Shown: positions 43,500 through 56,377, numbered from the stretch's first letter. The stretch is 64,000 nucleotides of DNA from Monocercomonoides exilis PA203 (GCA_001643675.2 LSRY02000027.1:868001-932000); one strand, 5' to 3'. Made by a program: numbers and translations. Notes: generated from the letters alone by a model not told the origin.

Positions 43500-46258
43500 T
43501 TATGGAAGTAATCCAGAAAATTGAAGTGATAAAGTATTTGCTTCTGTGCGATATGAAAGAGGAATGACTTGCACTAGCAATGAATTTGGAAACTGAGAGG
43601 AAACAGCAGACACAACAAATAAAGACCGCTCTTTGAAGATCACTTCAATCAATGCTGCAGTGGAGTTTGAGAAAATCTCAATTCTTGATTTTCCTGCTTT
43701 TTGCTTTTATAAAGATAACGAAGAATTCAAATTTGAAGGAGATTCAGATGAAGTCAAAGCAAAAGAAATCCAAAGAAATTTCTTTTCACCAAACACTTCT
43801 GCTGATGTCTGTTTCCTTGATTCCTGCAAGTTGATCACAGAGAAAGAAACATTATTTAAACATCAACAATTACACTCAACACATATAATGGTATTTGCCA
43901 ACTTCACTGACTCTTCTGACGTGATTACGCAGTCGCTGAGCGTCAGATTTCCGCTCCTCACTCCAAAGACAGAGTGATGCGATGAATCAAACATCGATCC
44001 AAATACGATGTTTATCTTCAATAACTGGCTTTCCAGTGAAGAGGATTCAACATAATTCGATTTTCCATCTGATTTTTTGATTCCCTAGTCAAATAAAACG
44101 ACAGCCTGCGTGTCTCCAACAGCCTGAACTGTCACAGAACGAATGATTGTTTCAACTGAAACATTAGCTTTCCCCATTACAAACAATTTTTGAGATGATC
44201 CTTCGTTGAGATGCCGCACAGACTCGCTGAGTGTGGCACACGGATCTGATCTTTTCCCACATTCTTTATTGTCTGTCCCTTCTTCCGCAGACACAAATAT
44301 TTGCTCTGATTTGTAGAACACAATGAATGGAGCCAAATCAATAGGAGCTTTGTTTATTTGATCAGTGCAATAGATTGCATTAGTCTTATCGAATGACAGT
44401 TCTTCGAAATCCATTACAAATAGGGTTTCATTGATTTGGTCAGAGATTGATCGGCAAATAATGAAAAGATCCTTCGCAACTTTAGCTCTATTCAAAGAAA
44501 GCCGAATCAGACGAAATTTGATTGGCAGCGCCTTCGCTTTCTTCGAAAATGACGCTTCTGAATGTTCTGGACCGTCCAGGCAGCTCAATGCAATTGCACC
44601 TCCTCTGCCTTCACTCGTTGAGCACGCACATGTCACAAAAGACGACAGATTCGCCAGCACACTGCCTTCATTTGCCCAACTGCAAATCGAAGAGTCTGAG
44701 CTTTCCTTCATCCACACTCAAAACACCCCTCCCAGCTGAGACTCGCTGTTGCAGTCGCTGAATGTCGAGTTGTCCATCGTCAGCTCCACAGACAGCGCGC
44801 TCTCATAAGAAATGATCGACGCCTTCGCGTTTGTGCTGCGGATGAGATGCCACTGAAGATTCTCCAGTCTGATTTCGCTCGCTTCTTTGCTCGCTTTCGT
44901 TTCTTTGCCACTCCCTGATAAACTCGATTCCTCAATTCCCTTCACTTCTGCATCTCCCAGAGAAATAAACGATCCATCTGCAAAATTCAGAACATCAACA
45001 GAAAACGCGCTTGCCACGAAATGTGCAGCCGGAGCAGCAAGTCGGATAACTGATGTCGCAAAGGAGAGCTCAGCCATTTTGGACTCTTCAATCGAAAGTG
45101 TTCTAGACGAAACATGCAAAAGCACAAAGGCAATGCATTCTTTTGCTGTCTGCGTCGCAAAAGAGCATTTGCAAAGGGGGGCTGTTCCTGTCTCAGTGAA
45201 AAGAAGTTCCTTTTGTGGTGTTTCGAAAGACGAAGTCAGGCAGAAGTTGATGGAGGTGAAGGTGAGCATAAGCTTGCTTGTTAGCACAGCCTCAGAAGGC
45301 TCAGAAAGAGATTGAATAGCTTTTCCCACATCGATTGTGCATTCATCTGAGGAAGGCTCATAAGAAGAGGAAGAAGAAGAATAACCAGGAGAAGAAGGAA
45401 CAGCTGGGCTTATTGAGCGGTTTGAAAGGTCCCACTCTTCTGAAATGGCAGCACTTGTGTTGATTTTGATTTCTCTGAACTGAATTCTTTCTCTGAAATT
45501 CCTCATTCCTTCAATAAATGATTGATAAGGAATCCATTCCGATCCACATCCAATGATATCCCTTCTATCCAAAAAGATAATAACAGAATTACTTGCGTAT
45601 TGGAATCGCAGCTTGTCCAAAGATATGCCTTCTGTAAAGTTCACGTAATCTGCCCCTAAGAAAGCATTTGCGTTTTTTCATTCAGTCCAATCAAACATCA
45701 ACCTTCCAACAACAACAGAGGCATTCAAATCGGAGCTCAATATGTTCAAGTTTTTGCAAACAAATGTTTCATCATCAGAAAACACCAAATTAGACAAAGA
45801 GAACCCAAAAAACGAATTGCAGAAGCTCAAATACAAAGACCTACTTTATCCTTTGAAAGTCGAACAAATGCAAACAATTCAGAATTCACTCCCTTCCTCA
45901 GGTCATTCACCACAATGAACATGTCTCTTCACTTGTGTGCCCTGTTTCCTCCAACACTTATCTCTGAAAATGAACATCTGTCATTGTTGTCTGTTGCACA
46001 TGTCAAATTGATTCCTCCTCCAAATCCTTCAGAACTACAACAGATGCTGTTTGTCACTTCCACATTGCTCATCTTCAGCTGTCCATCTGCCCCTTTCAGC
46101 TCAAAAGACATCACTCCTCCCTTTTTGCATCCTTCTGAGCCGAGTGTCTGAAACATGCATTCAACAACTTCGATTACGTAGCTATTCTGAAGAGAGAATA
46201 TCGAAGAACACGGATATGTTGCTCCGTTGTTGACGCATCTGAATGAAGAAGATAACAA
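43500..46258 (-). pseudogene. Decayed fragment of a beta-helix-module surface protein gene (same broad family as the giant gene)
   Basis: Family motifs EGFGGGINL, EGRGGAIAL, NRAKVAKDLFI and EEGTDNKECGKRSDPCATL are spread over ORFs broken by in-frame stops (TGA 45929-31, TGA 44718-20, TAG 44085-87, more downstream) and frameshifts near 45650-45900. No signal peptide or TM found. Boundaries are approximate. Confidence 0.8.
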
Positions 46259-46742
46259 TAAAAGAATGGTTGTTGAAAAATCCTCTTTGTCTTCGTATTT
46301 GTTGTTTTTGAGTTTTTCCTTTTTTGAGAATTATGCAAATTAATATTTTAATTTATGTATGATATTTTGCAAAAGATTCTGATTGTTGTATATGAATAGG
46401 AATCAATATCATCGATGAAATAAACGAAAAAACTGAATTTTGATTCACATATTCAAGCATATATTTTATTTGCTAAAAAAACTGTGCATTTTTTTGCATT
46501 TGATTATTTTTTGAAGTTTTCGAAATTCGTGTATTCTTTAACGCTCGAAATAACCTGAATGAAAGAAAAAACTTGATTGTGTCTATCTTGTTCGAAAAAA
46601 CATTGAAAAGAGTTAATATGAAAAGATTTTGAATTTCAAAAGATATGAGCACAACAAAAATAAGAACGGAAAAATAAATAACGTGTTCAATTATGAAAAA
46701 ATAAAAAAATGTAAAATGAATAAAAGTTTAAAAAAATATATA

Positions 46743-46888
46743 TGGGATAGATTGAATGAAAAACAGTAAGTTATTAACAGTGCATTTTCGACAAATAAAA
46801 CTTATTTTAAATTAAGTAATATAACATTTTCTTTCGTATAATTTATGAAAAGAATTTTTTATCGATGGTCCATATACTTGGAACTTGC
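46743..46888 (-). repeat. Right arm of the perfect 146-bp inverted repeat
   Basis: Exact reverse complement of 43036-43181. Confidence 0.93.
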
Positions 46889-47053
46889 CGACAAGGTTAT
46901 TACGAGAAAGACAGACTTGTTACGGGTTTTTCATGGTTTATCAGTAAGAAAATTATATTTGTGGTAAGAATGAGTAATTACAGGAACAACATAGATGTTT
47001 CGTCCAACAAGTTGAATTATTTGAAAAAACTTGTTCGTATCCAGAATTTTTTA

Positions 47054-48529
47054 GGCAAATGCATACTTAACGGCAATTTTCAAATTAATGAAAAAACAGT
47101 TTATAAATATAAAGTAAGTTATTTAATGTATATATCATGAACGAAATATGTGCGGAAACCATGATTTTTTGATTTTTGAAATCTATCGTTTTCACATATT
47201 TATGGGATTTTTGATCATTGATAAATCAAAAATTTCATGGAAGAAGTGTCTGATTCAAATTATTCACTTGCTATTCCAGGAAGAACAACAAATAAATTAT
47301 TCAGATTGTTTCTCAATTCGGAGAAATCTGAAAAATGGATATTTAAGAAAATCATCAAAAACAAGCCAAAATGCCGAAGGCACAGAATTGAAATGGATTT
47401 ACGGCGTTACTATGGAAGGATGATGTGGGTTTGCAGAAAATGAAGCAATAGGCAATCAGCATACAAGAATACGTCATTTTATCGAAGCAGGATACCAATA
47501 AATGTGATTTTGTTAATTATCCTATTTATTTGGAATGGTGCTAGTGTAAAATTTTGCTCGGAAATGTTGGGAATTCATAGGAACTCTGTAGCATACTGGT
47601 CATCTGTTATGAGGTGTTGCGCGATGGACATCATAAATCAAAATGAGACTATTCTTGGAGGCGAAAACATTATTGTGGAGATAGATGAATGTGTTTTGAG
47701 GAGAAGAAAATATCATAGAGGAAGAAGAAAGAAACAAATGTGGGTCTTTGGTGCAGTGGAGCGAAAAAAAGATAAAATGGATGAAACAAGGAATTTTTTT
47801 GTTATGATTGTACCAGACCGTTCTGCTTCGACGTTGATTCCTATCATTCAAAAGCACATTCTGCCTCATTCAACAATAATGTCAGATGAATGGAAGGCAT
47901 ATTCATCTCTTTCTCGTCTCGGATACAATCATCTAACAGTGTGTCACAAGAGAGAATTTAATGATGAAGAAACTCACGCATGCACAAATACAATTGAAGG
48001 ATTATGGAGCCATATGAGAAGATTTTTTCCTCCCCATGGAATTCGAGAAAAATATGTTGCTGATCAACTTGCTTTTTGGATGATTAATAAGAGAAAAATT
48101 GTGAGATTTGAAGAATTTGTATCAAAAATTGTTTTCTATAAAGAAAAACAAATAGAAGAAGCTGAAGAAGATGATGAAACAGTAGAAAATGAAGAAGAAA
48201 TTCCTGATTTGGATGATTCGATTATTTCCAATGACAGCGAAACAAGTGAAACCGATAATATTGACCCAGGCGATGGTTTATCTGCCTCTGAGTATTCAGA
48301 AAACTCATAAAGATAAACTTTTTTATTTTATTTTGATTTTTTATTATGCTTTTTTTTTTATTTTCTGAAAAAAATTTGACCCATTTTCATAATTTTTGAA
48401 AAATTTAAAATTTATTTTAACGAACTTTCGCATGTTTTTAACTACTCAAAACATCACAAATGATGTTTATAAGCAATAAACAAATGAAATATGCAAAAAT
48501 TAGAAATTGCTGTTAAGTGTGCATATGCC
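47054..48529 (+). mobile_element. Merlin/IS1595 (ISXO2-like) DNA transposon, 1476 bp, 26-bp TIRs, 8-bp TSD
   Basis: Left TIR GGCAAATGCATACTTAACGGCAATTT (47054-47079) matches right TIR reverse complement GGCATATGCACACTTAACAGCAATTT (48504-48529) at 23/26 positions. ATTTTTTA is duplicated at 47046-47053 and 48530-48537. It encloses a DDE transposase. Confidence 0.93.
47237..48310 (+). pseudogene. Merlin/ISXO2-like DDE transposase with a single in-frame TGA (47441-47443)
   Basis: One reading frame of 357 codons: Zn-finger-like KCRRH...WVCRK*, HTH-like SEMLGIHRNSVAYW, then VEIDE, RKYHRGR, WVFGAVER, TIMSDEWKAY, HLTVCH and TNTIEGLWS, ending in an acidic tail. Confidence 0.88.
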
Positions 48530-48882
48530 ATTTTTTATTTATTACGAAACAATTCAAAGTTATGGCAATATTCCTACTTATGCAAAAATAATGAAGGATC
48601 AAAGCCCCCATAACAACAAACATTAAAAGATTAAACGTTGTGACTCTTTGCTATCACTTGCCAAAAATACAAGTACAAAAAGAATGGTGTGAGCGCTAAT
48701 GTATTCATGCCTATAATATGAATTAATAATTTGTCAAATTTTCCATTTCTATTGCATTTTGAATTTTGATTTGAAATACAAAAATGAATTGTTTTCTGGT
48801 TACAGCGTATTTCACAAGAGCAGGCAACGAACATAGTTGAAATATATTCTGGTTTGCAATCGTTGTTTTAGGTAACTTCCTG

Positions 48883-50225
48883 ATGGTTGCATGTTTTGCA
48901 TCATTTTTTATTGAAGAATTGCTTTCTGGGCTGGAGCAGTGCGTTGAAGATGAACAAAAACAGAAAATTAATAAATTTAACAGAATAATTTATGAAATGA
49001 ATAGTGAAGAATTTGCTTCGGTTTTCGCATCAGAATTATTCGAAAAAATTGATAAAATGATTAAAGAAAAGAAATTGTCTTTGGTCAACGCGCTTGCTCT
49101 ATTGAAGCTTTCTGGATATGTCAAAGCGTTGAAGGATTTGTGGAATTTAAGTTTTGAAGATTCTTTGTTATGTATAAAATTCGAAAAGATGATTATCGAG
49201 GATCACAAAAATGGAGGAAAGCTCGACAAGCTGCTGGTCGATCTTTGCGAGTGCATTGTATTGCTTTGCATACATTTACCAAAAGAATTGATTCCTATTT
49301 GCGTGCCTTGCCTTCTGAAAGTTGCGTTGAATACGGAAGAAAGCGAGGAAACACAAAATGGATCAGAAATGGCCCTGCTGGCTTTGAGTAATATCAATCC
49401 TCTTCTTGTATGAATGCTTTTTCTTACTACATATTTATTAATATTTTTTTGGATATAATTTTGGAATAGGATATGAAAAAAGAATTGTATCTGAAAGATA
49501 TCACAGAAATCATCAAATATCATCAGGAACATCGCAACTTGAAGCGCCTTTCGTATCAGTCAGCTTGGATGTTTTTGATAAACAGAAAACATTTGGACGA
49601 TAAGCTGGAAGATGTTATTGTGAATGAGCTGCATTTTGCGAGAGAAGCAACAAGAGAATTGGACGAGCTTTTAAAATGTGTTGATTGGAGCAGAAAAGAA
49701 GAGGGCCCGGAAAAGACAAAAGAAGTGTGCATCATTTTGAGATGGTGCGTAACGCTATGGTTTTTCTTTCATAATAATTACAGTTTAAATCACGAAGAAT
49801 ACGCTGAATTAGTTGGATGCCTTGTGAGGCTGTTTAGAGTCATAAAAGTTGAAAGCAGAGAAATTAGAGCAGAATTCATTCATTTATTTGAAAAAATGGT
49901 GATGTGTGATGAAATTCAAATATATGTGTTATTAAAAGGTGGGGTAGTCGATCTTTTTTTGGAGGACATGTGCCAAACGATTTCAGAAGACGGGGCTTTG
50001 GAGGATTGGCGATATTTCTTGATGAGTCTGATTCAAAGCTTGAAGGAAAAGACAATTGCTAAATACGAAGAAAAGGAAGGAAAAAAGATAAAAATGCAAA
50101 TATTTGAGAAGTTTGAAGAAGAAGGATACGAAGACGCTATCATCGAAAAATATGCGCTGTTTGTTGTGATGGAAAAAAGGTATAATATCTCGAGAATTCC
50201 GTCTGATTATTTCGTTCATTTGTAG
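48883..50225 (+). CDS. Lineage-expanded alpha-helical (ARM/HEAT-like) protein, copy 1; intron 49408-49469; 5' exon apparently frameshifted
   Basis: Shares EQKQKI, CVPCLLKVAL, EMALLALS, ELYLxxIxEIIxYH, AYQSAW/SYQSAW, ELHFAREA, KGGxxD and EEEGYED with copies 2 and 3. A family-type first intron (48852-48916) is present, but the ATG at 48784 is out of frame by one base, so the start is uncertain. Confidence 0.75.
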
Positions 50226-50630
50226 CAGTCAAAAAAAGATTCTATTTTTTGTGGGTGCTCTTTCCATTCAAATGGCTGCCAATCGGATATTTTTTTCGTT
50301 CTTATGCTATTGGAATAGTTATATTCCGTCTTTTTGTTTCTCAAATGTACTTCCCTTGAAAGTCTTAATTTCCATTTCACTTTCTTCTTTGAGTTTGTTC
50401 AAACACATTTATTCATTTTTTTTTTGGTTTGGAAATCTCAAATAAACAATCAGCAACCCCATGCGAGCCCTTCTTCTGAAATTTGAAATAGAGAAAAAAA
50501 TTCTGGAAAAGACTCTTTGAAAGTCATTGACGAAGCTGTTGAAACATTTTGGCAGCAAATTAACTGAAAAACGACAACAATTCTATATTGGCTTTCTAGT
50601 TTTCCTTTGAAAATACATTTTCATTTCATA

Positions 50631-50817
50631 TTCTTCTTCCTCTTCTTCCTCTTCTTCCTCTTCTTCCTCTTCTTCCTCTTCTTCCTCTTCTTCCTCTTCT
50701 TCCTCTTCTTCCTCTTCTTCCTCTTCTTCCTCTTCTTCATCTTCTTCATCTTCTTCATCTTCTTCCTCTTCCTCTTCGTCTTCGTTTTCTTCTTTTTCTT
50801 CATCATCTTCTTCTTCA
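50631..50817. repeat. (CTTCTTCCT)n / CTT-based tandem repeat
   Basis: 9-bp unit repeated about 12 times, then CTTCTTCAT variants. Reads as poly-Glu/Asp in one minus-strand frame. Confidence 0.85.
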
Positions 50818-51617
50818 TTGGAAATTTTATCATTTACAGAATATTAATCTGAAGCTTCGATGAGTTATTCATCATCAACAATACAAAAATTATCATTCTT
50901 CATCTTCTTCACAAAGAAGAACTGCTTTTTCATTCACATTTTGTTATAATGAATATATCGTTTTTTTTTTATTGCATCATAAATCAGTCAGATCAAATTT
51001 TGGGAATTTTTTTTTTTAACATTTCTTTGCTCTTCATTCTTCAACCTTCCCAGTTACATCTTCATCAAAAAGTGTATAAGAATTACAATGAGAATGCTTC
51101 TTTTTCAAAGCCCTCACTATTTTTCCATCTCATTTGAGTAATGTTCAACAGAATTGTAATTGAAGATTTCTTTTTTTCCCTCATTTATACAAATCTCAAA
51201 TATGTTCGTCTCTTTCGCTGCTTTTTTCTTTCTCTTCTCAAGCTGACAGAAATTTCAGAGAAAGATGTGAAAGCTGCGGGAAGGAACACAAATATCAAAA
51301 TGGAGGAGAAAAGAATATTGGAGAAGAAGATCAAGAGATTTGGTATTGAATTGAGAAGAATACATTAAAAAAATGAATTCAAAAAGCAATTGGTTTTGAT
51401 TCGTTGAGCGAAAAATCAAGAACAGCAAACAATTCTGAAATTTTTCTTCTCATTTATTATTTTCGTTTTTTAGAAATTTCAACAAAATTCATTCAAAAAC
51501 TCTTCAAATGATTGTTTGTTTTCTATTTTGTGAAATGGAAAAAAAGAATAAAAAAAATTTGAGTTACATATTGCAAATCTTTTCGTTTCCTCAAGACTTA
51601 AAAAAAGTGTGAATTAT

Positions 51618-53001
51618 TCAAAGTTGAATGAATACAGTATCATCATCAAAATAGAATCTATTCACTTTTTGAAAGCTTGTAATGATATCTTCGAATCCCT
51701 CTTCTTCTTGCTTTTCAAACACATTCCTTTTCAATTCTTTTCTTTCCTCCTCTTTTGTATTTACTTCTCCCTTTCCTTTGAAATGCAATGAAATCAAATG
51801 AAAAAAATAAATAAATTCATTTATAATACTTATATTCAATATTGGCCGCTGAATCTCCTCCAAAGCAGCATCAATGGCACCACCTTTCAGCAAGGCATCA
51901 AATTTCACAGCTCTATTTCCTGTAACTGTATCAAATGATTGAATGCATTCCTCGCATATTTCACTGTGATTATCTCTTGATGCTCGAAGCACATCAACAA
52001 TGCGGCTGATAAGCTCAGTATATTTTTCACTCCACAAATGACATGAGTAGAAGTAATTACCAATCGAGCTGATCCATCTCGAAATAATATCTATTGTTTT
52101 CCTTTCTGTTTTCCCCATCTCTTCTTCTTTCTTCTTCCAATTCACACTCTTTGACAACTCTTCCAATTCTCGCCTTGCTTCTCTTGCAAAATGCTGCTCA
52201 TTCACAATAACGATTTCAGATGAGAAACCCTTGCAATATCTGAACACCAAAAATGACCAAGCAGACTGATAGGCAAGTCGCGTCAGATTCCGATGTTTCT
52301 GATGATACTGAATAATTTCTTTGATTTCATTCAGATAAAGATCTCTTTCAATGTCCTGCTCAAAAATAAGAAAAATTAGAAAAAATTTCAAAAACAAAAT
52401 AGAAATATTCAAACACAATATGAGTTAATGCAACTCAGCGCTAAAAGAGCTATTTCCACTTCTTTTTGCGTTTCCTCATCTTCCTCTTTCTTCAATGCAA
52501 CCTTCAAAAGGCAAGGAACACAGATGTGATATAGATCCAAAGAAAACCGGTTATCAAGCAAAAGATAACATTCAATGAGGTCGATAAAAAGCTTTTCGTC
52601 ATCTCCTTTTTTCTCATCTTCTTCAGCAACCATCTTCTCAAATCTTGCTTTCAGCAAAGAATTTCTAAAGCTATCATTCCATATGTCTTTCAGCGCATTA
52701 CAAAATCCCATGTGCTTCAACAGCAAGATTGCATTTTCCATCGTCAGTTTTTCTTCTTCAATCATTTTATCGATTTTCTCGAACAGTTCTTTTGTGAATG
52801 TTGAATAAAGTTCTTCTTCATCCATTTCTTCCATCAATACAATAATTTCTTCGATCTTCTGCTTCTGCTCATCCTCAGCGTAATGCTCAAGCTCAGAAAA
52901 CAATTCTTCAAAAAATAAAAATAAAATCGTAACTATCAAGAATTCGAATTCGACAATGAGCGCAAACCATTGAACCTTTCGGTTACACTCATTGTCTGCA
53001 T
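51618..53001 (-). CDS. Lineage-expanded alpha-helical protein, copy 2, join(53001..52968,52905..52415,52355..51618), ~420 aa
   Basis: MQTMSVTERFN-E-LFSELEHYAEDEQKQKI... with GT-AG introns of 62 and 59 bp that restore a continuous frame. Family motifs as in copy 1. Confidence 0.85.
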
Positions 53002-56000
53002 TTTTGAAAATGTATTGCATCCAGAAAACAATGAAAATTTATCATTCGCATTGAACTCACATATCATTGGATAAAAGAAATTGGCGCAAAATAAAAACTC
53101 AAAATAAACATGAAAATATAAGTTGTTATACCATTCTATGTTGTTAGTATTATTTAACAAGTCGTTACAAAGAAAGAAAGAAAGAAAAAACGATAAATAT
53201 TTTTTCTTGTTTGCAGTAATGGATATTCAGATCATCAGATTTGAATAAACATTAATATTCCTTGCATAAATGAGAGAACGGTGAGCAGATATTTTCTGCA
53301 AAATAGACGATATTATTATGAGTGGCTACGGAAGGCAATGATGAAAATACGTTGATTTTGGAGTGCTTTCATCATATTTTTGAAATTGGTTGGCCAAGAA
53401 ATCCAACAACTTTATTTTTGAATGAAATTTTCAGTGTGTATGTACTTTTAATAGTTCTATTGGTTATGATGATATCACCATCCGTAACCTTTCCAAAGCC
53501 CAGGAATACGATTTTTTTTCAAAATGGCTAATCTCCCTTTGCAGAGCAAGACGGTAGGAATGGATCCGATAATTGTATATCAATTATTAAATAAAGGAAT
53601 TTATTCCAGGGCAATTCTTTTCGTTGTTTTTGTTTGGGATGAGAGATGAAATCAAATTCGAAAGTTAAACATTTGGATGAAGATGAAAAGGATGGAATTC
53701 TATGGAAAATAAAATTGGAATAAATTTGCTCGGAAATTTGGAAAAAAAGATCGGGGAGCAATTTTGGTTATTATGGACAAGACAAGAGAGACATTTTCTG
53801 CCAATGATGATAGATTCATTCCAGACCAATAAAACACGATATTGGCCACATAAACGAGAGTGAGACAACCATTTCTGCTTTAGGTAAAAATTCACCTGTT
53901 TTTTTGTGGAATATTTTTTTGAAAGCGAAGCATTGTTGTTTTCCATTGTATAATTTGAATTATGACGAGGAAGATAAGCAGCTCCTGATTCAGTCCATAC
54001 ACTTGTTCTTCGAAAATTACAAAACAAACAATGTGGACTTCAACTATTTTCCGTCTCATGCTTTTGCTCCATTTGCAAAAAGGGTTGACAGAAAACATGC
54101 TGCTTTGTCTTTATTGTTTCGACTTTTTTGCAATCATAAGGCAATATTTAATGGAATAATTCTTCTGTGCTTTCATCATCATCTTCTTCTTCTTCTTCTT
54201 TTGATGGCACACCTGCTTTGTTTGCTTATGTGACATAAATTTTAATCTCTTGTGGGCTATTTGAAGCAGAGGACCGATTCCAGCCATTGATAACTGCGAG
54301 TGAAGGATTTGCATTTTCAGCCTTTTCGTCATCTGCCTCTGAAATAATCGGACTGTTTCATTCGATCCGCTTTAATCAACTTCCAAACCATCATGTTATT
54401 CACCAGATTCAGTTGTTGATATCTCGTTCTTCAGTAACGCCACCTTTGATGACGTTTTCTCTTTCAAGGCAATCAACATTCCTCATCTTCTTCATATTCA
54501 AAAAAAAATCCAACTTTCTTCAATTGCTTCGTCATCGTCACTCAATATGTTCATGTAAAGCACAATTTCTGTCATTTCTTCTTTTTCATCGTTCTCTTCC
54601 ATTTCACTTTGCTTCATTGCACTTGCTGCTTCGGCTGCCAATGTATTGTTCTGAGAAGGAGTCGGCGAGACTTTATCCGTCTGGCGAAAGGGATAATGGC
54701 AATGTGCATACACCAAAGTGGAGAGGATGTCATCAACAGATCAAACAGATAGAAGAACAATTGAAGCGCATTCACAGCATCTGCAGCTCAGACTGGAAAA
54801 GAACGTTCTCCACCACCAACTCGATGTTCATGTTTCTCTGTTCCTTTCGCTCATGAAGAAAGCATCGAAAGAGAAAAGTTCGATGAAAGGATATCATTTC
54901 GTGACAATTCAACATGTTATGTGAAGCACTTAATGGCACTTTGTTGTGAAATTCCAAGAATTCAAAAGTCTCTCTCGATGGGGAAGAATGAAGAGCATAC
55001 AATGAGCAGTTGGCTTGGTCAAAGCATTCTGTGAATGGTCTTGGAGTCTTGTGACATGGCCACATTTCAATGCTCAAGAAGGGTTAATAGCAGAAGGAAA
55101 GGATGAGGAAATCCAATTTTCTGAAGATGGAATATCACTTTTCTGTTATTTTTCAGCACGAAACGAATGAGGAAGGAGAAGAGAGTCATGGAGTTTATGG
55201 AGAAGCAAGTGGTGCAGAGGAAAGAGAATTGGGAGAAGGAGGAGGATGGGAATGTTATCGTTGGTTCAGCTATTCATTTGAATTTATGGAAATTCTCAAA
55301 ACGTTGCGGCAGCCAAATCATTTGAATATTATCTCTTCTGCGTCTTCTGCTTATGCTTTCAATCATCGATTGATTTCTGCTCCATTCATATTCATCTGAG
55401 AGGCAAATCTTTATCTATTCTTCTGCTTTGAATGAACTCAGAAAGAATTCTATTTGGAGGATCTGCCAATTCATATTGGAATATCTTCGATATTCTCTTT
55501 GTTTTTGATTGGGAAAGCTTCGTTGGATTGGCTCACGACCTGCCTTTGGCAAAGTTCACTTACCATTTACACGACGAATCAGTTAAAGCGGAAAGTGCTT
55601 GACATATTTTCCACACTGTTTCCGCTGCGTTTTTGTTGACGTCTATTGAACTTGAAAAAGGAGTTCTTTTCCTGACTTTTCAATTCTCTCATTGAAGATT
55701 TTTTGTCATTCACATTTTCTGTTTTTGAACATTTTCTTTCTGGTTGTGTAAAGTGGCACTTTCATCTTCTTCTCAAAATTGGCAAATACGTCTTTATTGG
55801 AAGAAGCAAAACTTTATCTGGCCATTCGCTTCTTTCTGTCTCTTCGAATGCTGAAATGGAATAAGGAAATTCAGCTCCTCTTTTTCTCTTCCTTCTTTTC
55901 TTTTTTGAAAGAGTTCGTGTTTCTTCCATCTGCATTTGTTTTGACGATTTTCATCGATGAGTTGTTTTGGAAGTTTGATTGCAACAACGAGCTCTTGAAG

Positions 56001-56377
56001 TGTTTTTTTCCAAAACAAGTGAAACACTTGTTTTGCTATAAATTTTTACAAATATTTCCGCTTATTCACAATAAAAATGCATATTTATTTTCAAAATTAT
56101 TTTTCTATGGTTTGAAATGAACATTGAATAGAACACGATTATAAGAAAAATTTCTCATTCATATGAATGAAAACTCACTTTTATCTGTCTGATCAGATAT
56201 GCCAAAATGAGAGTCAGTCAAAAGAAAAACATCGATAGGTGTGGCAACTCTGCATTCTTCAAAATGCAATTTTATGATTTCAATTTTAATTTTTGCGATA
56301 GCTGTTTTTTTTTCAAAATTTCAATTCTGCGGAAGGTTACTTCATTTGCAATTTGAGTGGAAAAAATATTGTTCAAA

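Noticed and set aside
43500-47443. Genome-wide stop-codon reassignment, suggested by in-frame TGA/TAG in the pseudogene and transposase
   Set aside because: Intact genes here end in TAA, TGA and TAG. The 31-kb ORF has no internal stops. The pseudogene also has frameshifts and mixed stop types.
50607-50852. Phe/Leu-rich and Lys/Arg-rich ORFs
   Set aside because: They are translations of a 9-bp tandem repeat.
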